IMG/VR virus record: IMGVR_UViG_3300036832_001149
Coordinates: 1-64,000 of that record
Strand: one strand, 5' to 3'
Source of the DNA: a virus
Length of the DNA stretch: 64,000 nucleotides
Shown: piece after piece, positions 54,991 through 63,712 of the stretch
How positions within the stretch are numbered: the stretch's first letter is position 1
How the letters are laid out: each line of letters opens with the position of its first letter
The notes under the pieces: generated by a model
The model's database searches: none
Seen by the model: the letters and a program-made list of their open reading frames with translations, nothing else
What the model was told of the DNA's origin: nothing
Program-made: the position numbers and the translations under genes

Positions 54991-55536
54991 ATGAGCGCCA
55001 TAGTCCCCGGCGAGATATTGCTGAAGTACTCGACCACCTCCGGGTCGGCCGGGAACACCACCACCGGAGCGCCCACCACCTCGCTGGGCAAGTACATCTC
55101 CAGCACCCAGTGGGTCGGGGGTGGGTCCAACGACCTGTTCGACGACATCAGCGCGGCCGAGAACGCGGCCTCGACCGTCGACTACCGCTGTGTGTTCGTG
55201 CACAACACCAACGCCGCCAACGCCATGCAGAACACCGTCGCGTACCTCTCGGCCGAGGTCGCGGGCGGGGCCAGCATCGCCATCGGGGTCGATACCACCG
55301 CCGCGTCCGCGCTCGGCTCGGCCGCCGCCCAGGCGCTGTCCATCGCCAACGAGACGACCGCCCCGGTCGGGGTGACCTTCTCCTCGCCGACGAGCGCCGG
55401 GGCCGGTATCCCCCTCGGCTCGATCGCTGTCGGGCAGGTCCGGGCGTTCTGGGTCCGGCGCACGGCGGCCAACACCTCCGCGCTGTCCAACGACGGCGTC
55501 ACGATCGCCGTCCAGTGCGACACCGGCAGCCTCTGA
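54991..55536 (+). CDS. Virion structural protein
   Basis: LGKYISST...LFDDISAAEN.....YRCVFVHN...WVRR motif; AAGGAG RBS. Confidence 0.7.
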   Translation: MSAIVPGEILLKYSTTSGSAGNTTTGAPTTSLGKYISSTQWVGGGSNDLFDDISAAENAASTVDYRCVFVHNTNAANAMQNTVAYLSAEVAGGASIAIGVDTTAASALGSAAAQALSIANETTAPVGVTFSSPTSAGAGIPLGSIAVGQVRAFWVRRTAANTSALSNDGVTIAVQCDTGSL

Positions 55537-55563
55537 TCGACCCCACCCGAAAGGGGTGAGACA

Positions 55564-58500
55564 GTGGCTTCTTTGGATGACCGTTCGATTTTTGGTGTCC
55601 GTTCGATCACCCCCTCGGCGACCCCCGGTGGGGATGGCGGGCCACTGACGAACACGGTCCCGTCGATCGTTACCAGCGACAAGCTCGTCGCGTTCTGCCT
55701 CATCGACGACAATCTGCCGCTGTCCGCCCCGGTGAACGCGGGCTACACGTGGGTGCCACTGGGACCGCAGGTCGGTCCTACGACCACCGGCCCCAGCGGC
55801 GGCGTCAATATGGCGGCGTTCCTCTGCGCCGCGCCCGCTGCCGGGTCCAACGTCGTGTTCACCCACGGGTCCGGTTCGGGCGGCGACGACAAGGTCCAGA
55901 GCATCTGGGTGCTCATCGGGGCCGGGGCGGTCGATGCCGTTGCCAGTACGACGGATGCGGTGGCGACGCCCGGTAGCGCGCTGGCCCCGTCGGCCAACCC
56001 GACCACCGTGGGCGACATCCTGATATGCGCGATCGAGTTGGACGCAGGCCAGGTGACCGTCGTTCCTCCGGCCGCCATGACGGCCGGGGCACCGGTCAAG
56101 AACGACTACCTCTCCTACGGCGACGCCTACAAGATTCTGTCCTCGTCCGGCGCGACCGGGACCCAGGCGTTCTCCGGCGTGACCGCCGGGCAGCATTACA
56201 ACGCACTGAGCATCACCATCGCCTCGGCCGCCGCCGCCTCCGCCCTCACCACCCGGGCGACGACGTGGAACGTGGCGTCCACCACGACGACGGTGTCCAC
56301 CACCCGCACCACCAACTGGGCGGTGGTGGCCGGGCCGGTGGCCGCCTACAACTTCAACGAGGGCACCGGCACCACCTCGGTCGACTGCACCGGCAACGGC
56401 CACACCGCCACCGTCAAGGCCGGGGCCTGGGTCACCGGCCACACCGGCACCGGCATCGGCAGCATCGCCAACGCGGCCACCGCCATGCCGTACCCGAGTG
56501 TGCCGAACACGTTCACGATGATGTGCTGGGTCCAGTTGACCGGCTACGGCTGGGCCGCCTGGATCAGCAACAACGGCGGGTCGAGCGGCCTGTCGGTCTT
56601 CCTGCAGGCCGATCCGTCCGGCACGCCCTACTTCGGCACGTACTACGGCGAGGCGCACACCACCACGCCGATCCCGCTCAACACCTGGACCCACCTGGCC
56701 GGGACGTGGGACGGGTCCCTGCTGAGGTTGTTCGTCAACGGTGTGAACGTCGCCTCGGGGCCGATGAACGCGAACGCATCCGGCTTCTTCTCGCCCGGAC
56801 AGACGTTCACCCTCGGGGTCGGGGCCAACCTGATCCAGGACGACACCCGGTTCTTCGCCTTCGACCTGTCGGCGGCCGACATCGTCGCCTACATGAACAC
56901 CCCGGTCGCGCCACCGGTCGTGACGGCGCGGGCCAGCCGGTCCACCACCTGGAACGTGGCCTCCGGCCTCACCACGGTCGGCGGCGTCACCCGCGCCACC
57001 ACCTGGAAGATCGCCGGGCGGGCCACCGTCCAGCGGGCGACCTCCTGGAGCCTGATCGGCCTCAACCCCTTCGCCAAGTCGGTGCACCCCAGCGGGCGCT
57101 ACCTGCTCGACCAGTTCGGCCAGCCCTACTTCGTCCTGGGTGACGGGCAGTGGACGATGCCATCGCGGATACTGTCCGCGAGTGACCGGGCGACGTACTG
57201 GACCAACCGGGCGGCCAATGGGTTCAACTGCGTCCTGATCGACGTCATCGACGGGCCGGGCAAGTTCAACCCGACCTCGGACCCCAGCCATTACCTGACG
57301 TTCGCCGGTGACTACCCGTTCGGCGGGGTCAACCACGACGACATCACCAGCCTCACCCCGTCCCACTGGAACCGGATCGACACCATCGTCAACGAGGCCG
57401 AGGCGGCCGGGAACACGGTGTGGCTGGTTCCCACCAACGGCCAGGACATGATCGCCACCCTGAACAACGCCGGGACGGCGAACTGCCAGGCCTACGGGGT
57501 GCTGCTGGGCAACCGGTACAAGAACAAGACGAACCTCATCTGGCTGTTCGGCGAGGATTACACCCCGACGACCCAGGCCGACGCCTCGCAACTGGCCGTC
57601 ATGGCCGGTATCCGCAGCACCGGCGACACCCACCTGTCCTCCATGGAGATGTTCAACATGTTCTCCATCTCCTCGGACTGGACCCACTACCCCGGGAACA
57701 TCAACATCAACTGGGTCTACTCCTACCCGGCGGTCTACTCCGAGACCCGGCTGGCCTACGCGGCCAATGCCGGACCGACCCTGATGGGCGAGTCGGCCTA
57801 CGAGAACGAGTGGTCCTCCACGGACCTCACCCACCACAAGGAGATGGGCTGGGCCCTCACCTCCGGGGCCGCCGCCGGGTTCATCAAGGGCAACAACCCG
57901 TGCTGGAACATCCACTTGGCCGGTCCCAGCGGCGGTCCCAACGGACCGTGGACGAACATCACCAACACCAACGTCGACATCGCGTTCGGCAAGCTCAAGG
58001 CCTGGTACACCGGCCTGATCGGCTGGTTCCGGCTGGCCCCGGACCTGGCCAACACCTTCCTCACGGCCGGGATGGGCGTGAAGAAGGACACCAGTACCTC
58101 CACGACCAACGACGACTCCGACTACGGCACGGCGGCGCTGGCGACCGATCGCTCGTTCGGGCTCATCTTCGCCCCGGCCAACCGGGACCTCACGGTGGAC
58201 ACGACCCAGGTCAACGCGGTCTCCTCGACGTCCTGGGTCGACGCCAGCAACCCGCAGCACACCGTGGCCGCCCCCTCGACCGGGACCCCCACCGCCACCG
58301 TGTTCGCCTACCCGGGGTTGAACCAGAACGGCGACTACGCCTGGTACCTGCTCATCCAGGGCGTGCCCCTGGTCCAGGTCACCACCAGTCGGGCCACCAC
58401 CTGGACGGTCCGGACGTCGGTCGGGGTGAGCCGGTCCACCATCTGGAACGTCAACGCCACGCTGGTCCATGTCACGATCAGCCGGGCCACCACCTGGACC

Positions 58501-58791
58501 GTCGCCGCCGCCACGACGGTCCCGGTCACCACCAGCCGGTCGACCACCTGGACCGTCCGGACGCCGGTCTCGGCCAACCGGACCACCACCTGGACGGTCC
58601 GCACGTCGGTCCCGGTCACCCGGATGACCTGGTGGAAGGTCGCCTCGACCAGGATCGCCCTGGGATCGGTCGTCATCGACGGGGTGCGCACGCCGGTGGC
58701 CAGCCTGGGGGTGGTCATCGACGGGGTGAACAAGCCGGTGGTCAACCAGTGGGTCGTCAGCGGCGGGGTGAAGAAGGCGGTCGTCGGCTGA
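55564..58791 (+). CDS. Fibre/spike: LamG-like domain plus DUF4038 (apiosidase-like) glycoside hydrolase, linked by R(A/S/T)TTW repeats
   Basis: AAYNFNEGTGT...WTHLAGTWDGS.LRLFVNG (LamG); RYLLDQFGQPYFVLGD..W...R...GFN...GESAYE (DUF4038). Confidence 0.75.
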   Translation: MASLDDRSIFGVRSITPSATPGGDGGPLTNTVPSIVTSDKLVAFCLIDDNLPLSAPVNAGYTWVPLGPQVGPTTTGPSGGVNMAAFLCAAPAAGSNVVFTHGSGSGGDDKVQSIWVLIGAGAVDAVASTTDAVATPGSALAPSANPTTVGDILICAIELDAGQVTVVPPAAMTAGAPVKNDYLSYGDAYKILSSSGATGTQAFSGVTAGQHYNALSITIASAAAASALTTRATTWNVASTTTTVSTTRTTNWAVVAGPVAAYNFNEGTGTTSVDCTGNGHTATVKAGAWVTGHTGTGIGSIANAATAMPYPSVPNTFTMMCWVQLTGYGWAAWISNNGGSSGLSVFLQADPSGTPYFGTYYGEAHTTTPIPLNTWTHLAGTWDGSLLRLFVNGVNVASGPMNANASGFFSPGQTFTLGVGANLIQDDTRFFAFDLSAADIVAYMNTPVAPPVVTARASRSTTWNVASGLTTVGGVTRATTWKIAGRATVQRATSWSLIGLNPFAKSVHPSGRYLLDQFGQPYFVLGDGQWTMPSRILSASDRATYWTNRAANGFNCVLIDVIDGPGKFNPTSDPSHYLTFAGDYPFGGVNHDDITSLTPSHWNRIDTIVNEAEAAGNTVWLVPTNGQDMIATLNNAGTANCQAYGVLLGNRYKNKTNLIWLFGEDYTPTTQADASQLAVMAGIRSTGDTHLSSMEMFNMFSISSDWTHYPGNININWVYSYPAVYSETRLAYAANAGPTLMGESAYENEWSSTDLTHHKEMGWALTSGAAAGFIKGNNPCWNIHLAGPSGGPNGPWTNITNTNVDIAFGKLKAWYTGLIGWFRLAPDLANTFLTAGMGVKKDTSTSTTNDDSDYGTAALATDRSFGLIFAPANRDLTVDTTQVNAVSSTSWVDASNPQHTVAAPSTGTPTATVFAYPGLNQNGDYAWYLLIQGVPLVQVTTSRATTWTVRTSVGVSRSTIWNVNATLVHVTISRATTWTVAAATTVPVTTSRSTTWTVRTPVSANRTTTWTVRTSVPVTRMTWWKVASTRIALGSVVIDGVRTPVASLGVVIDGVNKPVVNQWVVSGGVKKAVVG

Positions 58792-58853
58792 ACAGACACC
58801 CCCGGCACACTTAGAGCGCAAGGAGGCGTGATGCCGACCCACCAGGACACCCC

Positions 58854-59201
58854 ATGACCAGCCCGGCCACCACCGTCACCGCGCTGCCGATCGAGGTCGA
58901 TCTCGTCCTCTATCAGGGCGACGACTTCTACCTCGACCTGATCGTGTCCAACCCGGACGGCACCGACGCCGACCTGTCCACCGCGATCGCCACGGCCGAG
59001 ATCCACACGAACACCGCCACCACCACCCCGCTGGCCGTGTTCAACGCCACCATCATCGGCAACGTGATCCATCTGCACCTGCCCAGCGGCGAGTCGACCA
59101 ATCTCACCGCCCCGGGCGTGTGGGACTGCCAGATCGCCACCCCCGACATCACCACGCTGGTGGCCGGGAGGGTCACCCCCACCGCCGAGGTGACCCGATG
59201 A
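58854..59201 (+). CDS. BppU-like adaptor protein
   Basis: [13 protein letters not shown]...GNVIHLHL...GVWDCQI...TLVAG.VT...EVTR. Confidence 0.7.
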   Translation: MTSPATTVTALPIEVDLVLYQGDDFYLDLIVSNPDGTDADLSTAIATAEIHTNTATTTPLAVFNATIIGNVIHLHLPSGESTNLTAPGVWDCQIATPDITTLVAGRVTPTAEVTR

Positions 59202-61357
59202 ACGAGGGATATCAGGTCTCGGCCGAGACCACTCAGCCCTACCAGGTCGCCACCGCCACCCGGGCCGCGTCCACCGTCGCCGCCAGTGGCAGTGGCCCCC
59301 AGGGTGAACAGGGACCACCGGGTCCGGTCGGCCCCCAGGGACCACAGGGCACTACCGGGAACACCGGCCCGACCGGCAGCACCGGCCCCCAGGGCGTCCA
59401 GGGGCCCACCGGGGCCAAGGGCAATACCGGCAGCGCCGGGCCGGTTGGCAGCACCGGTCCAACCGGCAGCACCGGGCCGCAGGGTGGCTCGGGGGTCCAG
59501 GGCATCCAGGGGATACCGGGCCTGGCCGGTCTGGTCCCCAACATCCAGATATTCACCGTCAATGGGAACTCCACCTGGACCAAACCGGCCAACGCGGTCA
59601 CCGTGGACGTGTTCCTCATCGGCGCGGGCGGCGCTGGTGGTGGTGGCGCGAAGACGACCGCCGGGACCGCCTGCTCCGGTGGTGCGGGTGGCGCGTCGGG
59701 CGGCATCAGCATGGCCACGTTCCAGGCTTCGGACCTACCGGCCACGGCGACGGTCGGCGTCCGCGCCGGTGGCACGGGCGGTGTCGGCGCGACTGCCGTC
59801 GGCTCGGGTGGGACCGGATCAACCGTCGGCAACTGCACGTGGTTCGGGCCGGACGTAAACAGTTACAACTCCTGGCTCCAGGCGCGCCAGGGTAGCTCCG
59901 GTGGCGGTGGTCTGATCAACACCGTGGCGACGGGCGGCATCATCCAGCCCGCCAGCGGCACCGAGCAGGTGAGCGTTGCGGGTCAGTCATCCGGCAACGG
60001 CGCGGCGTTAGCGCCCGGGATCGCGTATCCGGGTTGCGTACCCGGATCGGCGGGCGCTGGTATCGCCGCAGCAGGCAGCGTGTTCATCGCCGGTGGCTCT
60101 GGCGGCGTAACGATCTGGGCGCAGCAGGGTCCGGCAGCCGCAGCCGGTGGCGCGACGGACGGCGCGAGCGGGGCCAACTGGACCCTGGCCAGCCCGGGTG
60201 GACCCGGTGGCGGTGGCGGGGGTGGGGCGTCGAGCATCGCCGGGAACGGTGGTAACGGCGGTAGCGGCGGCTACGGTTCCGGTGGGGCCGGGGGCGGGTC
60301 CTCCATCGGCGGGAACGGCGGGAACGGCGGGAACGGCGGTGGCGGCTTAGCCATTATCACCGCGTGGTGCACCCAGTCCTCAGCCGCAGGCAATCCGGGT
60401 CCGACCGGCCCGGCTGGACCACAGGGTGCGACTGGCCCGACCGGACCTGCGGGTGCCACCGGTCCACAGGGCAATGCTGGTCCCACCGGGTCAACGGGGC
60501 CAGCGGGGCCTGCCGGATCGGCACCACAAATAACGGCCTACACGGTTGCTGGCTCGTTCACGTACAACATTCCGACCGGCACAACGTTGCTCGACATTCA
60601 GTTGGGCGGCCCCGGTGGTGGCGGTGGGTCCGGTGCCTGCACGGCCAGCGGGACGGCTTGCAGCGGCGGCAGTGGTGGCGGTGGTGGTGGGTACTCGCAT
60701 CGCCTCATCCCCGTTGCATCGCTTAGTTCAACGACGCTCAACGTGTACACGATGGCGGGCGGGGCAGGTGGCGCGGCGCAATCGACCGCGAGCGCGACCG
60801 GACTACCCGGGTCGAACGGTGTGGGGAACTGCTCTGTCCGAGCCGGGGGCCTGTATCTGACCATCGCGACCCCCGGTCAGGGCGGGCCCGGTGGCGTCAT
60901 CAATGGCACAGCCGCTTCGGCAGCGGGTGGATATGGTTCTGACTACCAATCGACAGCAGGCGCGGCGGCTCCGGTCGGCGGAACCTCCGGACGCCAGTCC
61001 ACCTCGTTCGGGTGCGCGGCGGGTGGGGCTGGGGCCGGACTCGCTGCCGCGCCGGTCGGGCTCGTCGGGACGGGTGGCGGGTGTGGGGCCGGAACATCGC
61101 CCGCGAGCAGTGGTGGAGCCCCGGGTGTAGCCGGTGGAGGCAATGCTGGAATACCCTCGCCCGTCATTTGGATCGGTCCCGGCGCTGGCGGCGGTGGCGG
61201 TGGCTCGAACGCGGCTGGGACGGGTGGAGCGGGCGGAAGTGGTGTCTATGGCGGCGGCGGCGGCGGTGGCGGCGCGTCGCTCAACGGGTCACTGTCTGGA
61301 GCGGGAGCACCGGGCGCTGATGGTTGGTGTCTCATCACGGCCTACGGTGCCCCGTAG
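59198..61357 (+). CDS. Collagen-like, glycine-rich fibre protein
   Basis: Two G-X-Y tracts, each followed by a Gly-rich domain starting (F/Y)TV.G..T(W/Y)..P...GGGG. Confidence 0.8.
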   Translation: MNEGYQVSAETTQPYQVATATRAASTVAASGSGPQGEQGPPGPVGPQGPQGTTGNTGPTGSTGPQGVQGPTGAKGNTGSAGPVGSTGPTGSTGPQGGSGVQGIQGIPGLAGLVPNIQIFTVNGNSTWTKPANAVTVDVFLIGAGGAGGGGAKTTAGTACSGGAGGASGGISMATFQASDLPATATVGVRAGGTGGVGATAVGSGGTGSTVGNCTWFGPDVNSYNSWLQARQGSSGGGGLINTVATGGIIQPASGTEQVSVAGQSSGNGAALAPGIAYPGCVPGSAGAGIAAAGSVFIAGGSGGVTIWAQQGPAAAAGGATDGASGANWTLASPGGPGGGGGGGASSIAGNGGNGGSGGYGSGGAGGGSSIGGNGGNGGNGGGGLAIITAWCTQSSAAGNPGPTGPAGPQGATGPTGPAGATGPQGNAGPTGSTGPAGPAGSAPQITAYTVAGSFTYNIPTGTTLLDIQLGGPGGGGGSGACTASGTACSGGSGGGGGGYSHRLIPVASLSSTTLNVYTMAGGAGGAAQSTASATGLPGSNGVGNCSVRAGGLYLTIATPGQGGPGGVINGTAASAAGGYGSDYQSTAGAAAPVGGTSGRQSTSFGCAAGGAGAGLAAAPVGLVGTGGGCGAGTSPASSGGAPGVAGGGNAGIPSPVIWIGPGAGGGGGGSNAAGTGGAGGSGVYGGGGGGGGASLNGSLSGAGAPGADGWCLITAYGAP

Positions 61358-61393
61358 TGATCGCAGAAGCAGCATGACGAACGGAGAAGACCG

Positions 61394-61663
61394 ATGAGCT
61401 ACCTGACACAGACCGAGATAGCTGAGGACTGGTTCATGCGCAACCGCGTGGCCGCTGCCGCAGCGGACGAGCACGTCGAGGGCGATCCTGACCTCTGGTC
61501 CCAGGAGCATCGTCGGGAGTGGGCTGGTGCCCCGGGCTGGGATGCGGCCTGGGAGTCGGCCAAGGTCAGCCACGAGGACGAACCCGACTACCAGCCCGGC
61601 CATGACGAGTCCGTCATCACCGACGAGATGATCCTGTCCCAGGTCCAGTCGATGAACCCCTGA
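61394..61663 (+). CDS. Conserved small protein, fibre-chaperone-like position
   Basis: MSY...IA.D...R.RVAA...WA.APGW..AW..A...VITD.MILS.VQ. Confidence 0.7.
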   Translation: MSYLTQTEIAEDWFMRNRVAAAAADEHVEGDPDLWSQEHRREWAGAPGWDAAWESAKVSHEDEPDYQPGHDESVITDEMILSQVQSMNP

Positions 61664-61722
61664 CAATGACACCGCTGGGCTGAGCAGACAGTCCTAGCAC
61701 ACTGGTCACCAAGGAGGTGCAG

Positions 61723-62769
61723 ATGCCGTTTGCCAGCAAGGCCCAGGCGCGGTACCTGCATGCCCGGCACCCGGGCATCGCCGCCCGCTGGGAGAAGCAC
61801 ACCCCGGCCAAGAAGCGCCGCGCGCTGCCCGAGCACGTCGGCAAGGCGGGGGAGACCAAGGTCCAGCGCTATCAGCGCCACCAGCGCCAGGCTGCCGCCG
61901 CCATCACCGCCACCACCGCCATCCCGGCCCTGCTGGCGCTGCGCTCGGGTCGGATGGCCACACTGGCCGGGGCGGGCACGGCCGAACATGCGCTGCACTC
62001 CGGCACGCAGTTGCGCCACGCGGCCACCGCGACCGGGCTGGGCGGCCTGGCCGGGGCGACCAACGCCCTGCCCACCCCGAAGCGGTTTCTCCAACAGAAC
62101 AAGCACAATCAGGCCCCGAAGAAGCCAGCCGCCTCGGGCTATGTCAAGACTGGTATCACCGCCAAGCGGGACACAACGGAAGTAGGTAGGGCAATGACGT
62201 ACATCGACGCTTTCGGAGTGGCTCGGGACGACCTGGTCGCCAAGGCCGACAAGAAGAATGCGACATCGGGCCGGTTGGCCACCGGAGCACTGTTCCCCGG
62301 GGTCCACGGGGCCGTCGCCGGGAAGCCCGGGAAGAAGCTGAAGGCGGCCGGGACCGAGTTGGGGATCGGACTGGCCGGGGGGATGCTGGGGCACGCCATC
62401 CACCCGGCTGCCGCCACGGCCGGTAACCTCGTCGGGGCGGCAGCCGGGACCAACATCGCCCACAACCAGGGCTACCTGAAGCCGCAGAAGACCAGGGTGA
62501 TCAAGGCCAACCGGAAGACCCCCTCGGTGGGCCGGTTGGCCACTGGTGGGGTCTTCCCCGGCTTCCATGGGGCGGTGGCGGGCAAGCCGGGCCAGTACCG
62601 CAAGTTGAAGGCGGCCGGGACCGAACTCGGTTCGTCCACGCTCGGGAGTGCGGTCGGGCATGCCGTCGGCGGTCCGGTGGGCAGTTCGGCCGGGAACCTG
62701 GCCGGAGCGGTGGGCGGCACCGCCATCGCCCACAACCAGGGCTGGCTGAAGCGACAGAAGAAGGCGTAG
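61723..62769 (+). CDS. Cationic polyprotein-like protein; possible internal start at 62194 (MTYIDAFGV)
   Basis: AAGGAGG RBS; MPFASKAQARYLHARHPGIAARW N-terminus; tandem ~85-aa glycine-zipper duplication. Confidence 0.7.
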   Translation: MPFASKAQARYLHARHPGIAARWEKHTPAKKRRALPEHVGKAGETKVQRYQRHQRQAAAAITATTAIPALLALRSGRMATLAGAGTAEHALHSGTQLRHAATATGLGGLAGATNALPTPKRFLQQNKHNQAPKKPAASGYVKTGITAKRDTTEVGRAMTYIDAFGVARDDLVAKADKKNATSGRLATGALFPGVHGAVAGKPGKKLKAAGTELGIGLAGGMLGHAIHPAAATAGNLVGAAAGTNIAHNQGYLKPQKTRVIKANRKTPSVGRLATGGVFPGFHGAVAGKPGQYRKLKAAGTELGSSTLGSAVGHAVGGPVGSSAGNLAGAVGGTAIAHNQGWLKRQKKA

Positions 62770-62772
62770 GAG

Positions 62773-63681
62773 ATGAGCCCCATCCCTGATGCGTTCAAAG
62801 AACACGCCGGACGCCATCACTTCACCCCCGACGCGCCGAGCGCCAAGGCCGCCCAGAAGAAGCACGCCGGTCGCTTCCACCCGGACTTCGTGCGCCACAT
62901 CGGCGCGCACACCTTCGACGGCAAGGACTCCAAGGAATCCAAGGACTCTCCGAAGAAGTCGAAGGACCCGAAGGACGACGGCGACACCGGTCGGTTCGTG
63001 TTTCCGGCCAAGAAGGGGCACAAGAGCAAGCCCCGGCGTCCGGCCGCGTTCTCCGAGACTGGCATCGGCAAGTTCGGTCCGTCCGGTTCCGGGTACCAGC
63101 GGCCGAAGCAGAGTCCCGGGCAGGTGGGCGCGAGCGTGGGCGGGGCCGTCGCCGGGTTGGCGTCGGAGAAGGTGCGGCCCGGCTCGACCGCTGCCGGTCA
63201 CCTGATGCGCAGCACCAACCTGCCCAAGCTGGCCGGTGGGATGGGCGCGGGCCATTACACCCCCGGAACCCCGAGGAACTTCGGCAGTCCCACGCTGGGC
63301 ACCTCGGCCACCGGGGCGGCCGTCCACGCCTTCCGCCAACCGGCGGCCGAAGGGGCGGCGGCGGGCACGCTGCCCAAGCTGGGCCGGGCGGCCGGTGCCT
63401 TCGCCCGGGGCATTCCGCGCTCGCCCGGGGCGGCCGTCGTCGCGGGCGGGACGCTGGCCGGGGCCGGGATCGGCGCGGAGGTCAGCCACCACCGCAAGCA
63501 GAAGCAGCAGTCGTTCAACCCGTACCTGGCCAAGGGCTTCCACCCGAAGGCGCGCCCGGCGGTCGTGGCCCCGGTGGTGCCCGAGGTCTGGGACCGGCCG
63601 TCGTGGGACATGGTCCCGCTGCGCACGGTGGACGGAATCCCGGACAACCAGCACGGTTCCTACACCGAGCGGTTCGGGTGA
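62773..63681 (+). CDS. Cationic Gly/Ala-rich protein
   Basis: AGGAG RBS; His/Lys-rich leader then glycine-zipper segments between IGK and LAK. Confidence 0.65.
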   Translation: MSPIPDAFKEHAGRHHFTPDAPSAKAAQKKHAGRFHPDFVRHIGAHTFDGKDSKESKDSPKKSKDPKDDGDTGRFVFPAKKGHKSKPRRPAAFSETGIGKFGPSGSGYQRPKQSPGQVGASVGGAVAGLASEKVRPGSTAAGHLMRSTNLPKLAGGMGAGHYTPGTPRNFGSPTLGTSATGAAVHAFRQPAAEGAAAGTLPKLGRAAGAFARGIPRSPGAAVVAGGTLAGAGIGAEVSHHRKQKQQSFNPYLAKGFHPKARPAVVAPVVPEVWDRPSWDMVPLRTVDGIPDNQHGSYTERFG

Positions 63682-63712
63682 CAAGACAGCCCTTGCCAGA
63701 ATGGGGAGCGAG

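Noticed and set aside
56230-58650. Repeated ACCACCTGG motifs as a DNA repeat array or DGR
   Set aside because: They encode TTW peptide repeats with synonymous variation; no reverse transcriptase or template/variable repeat pair seen.
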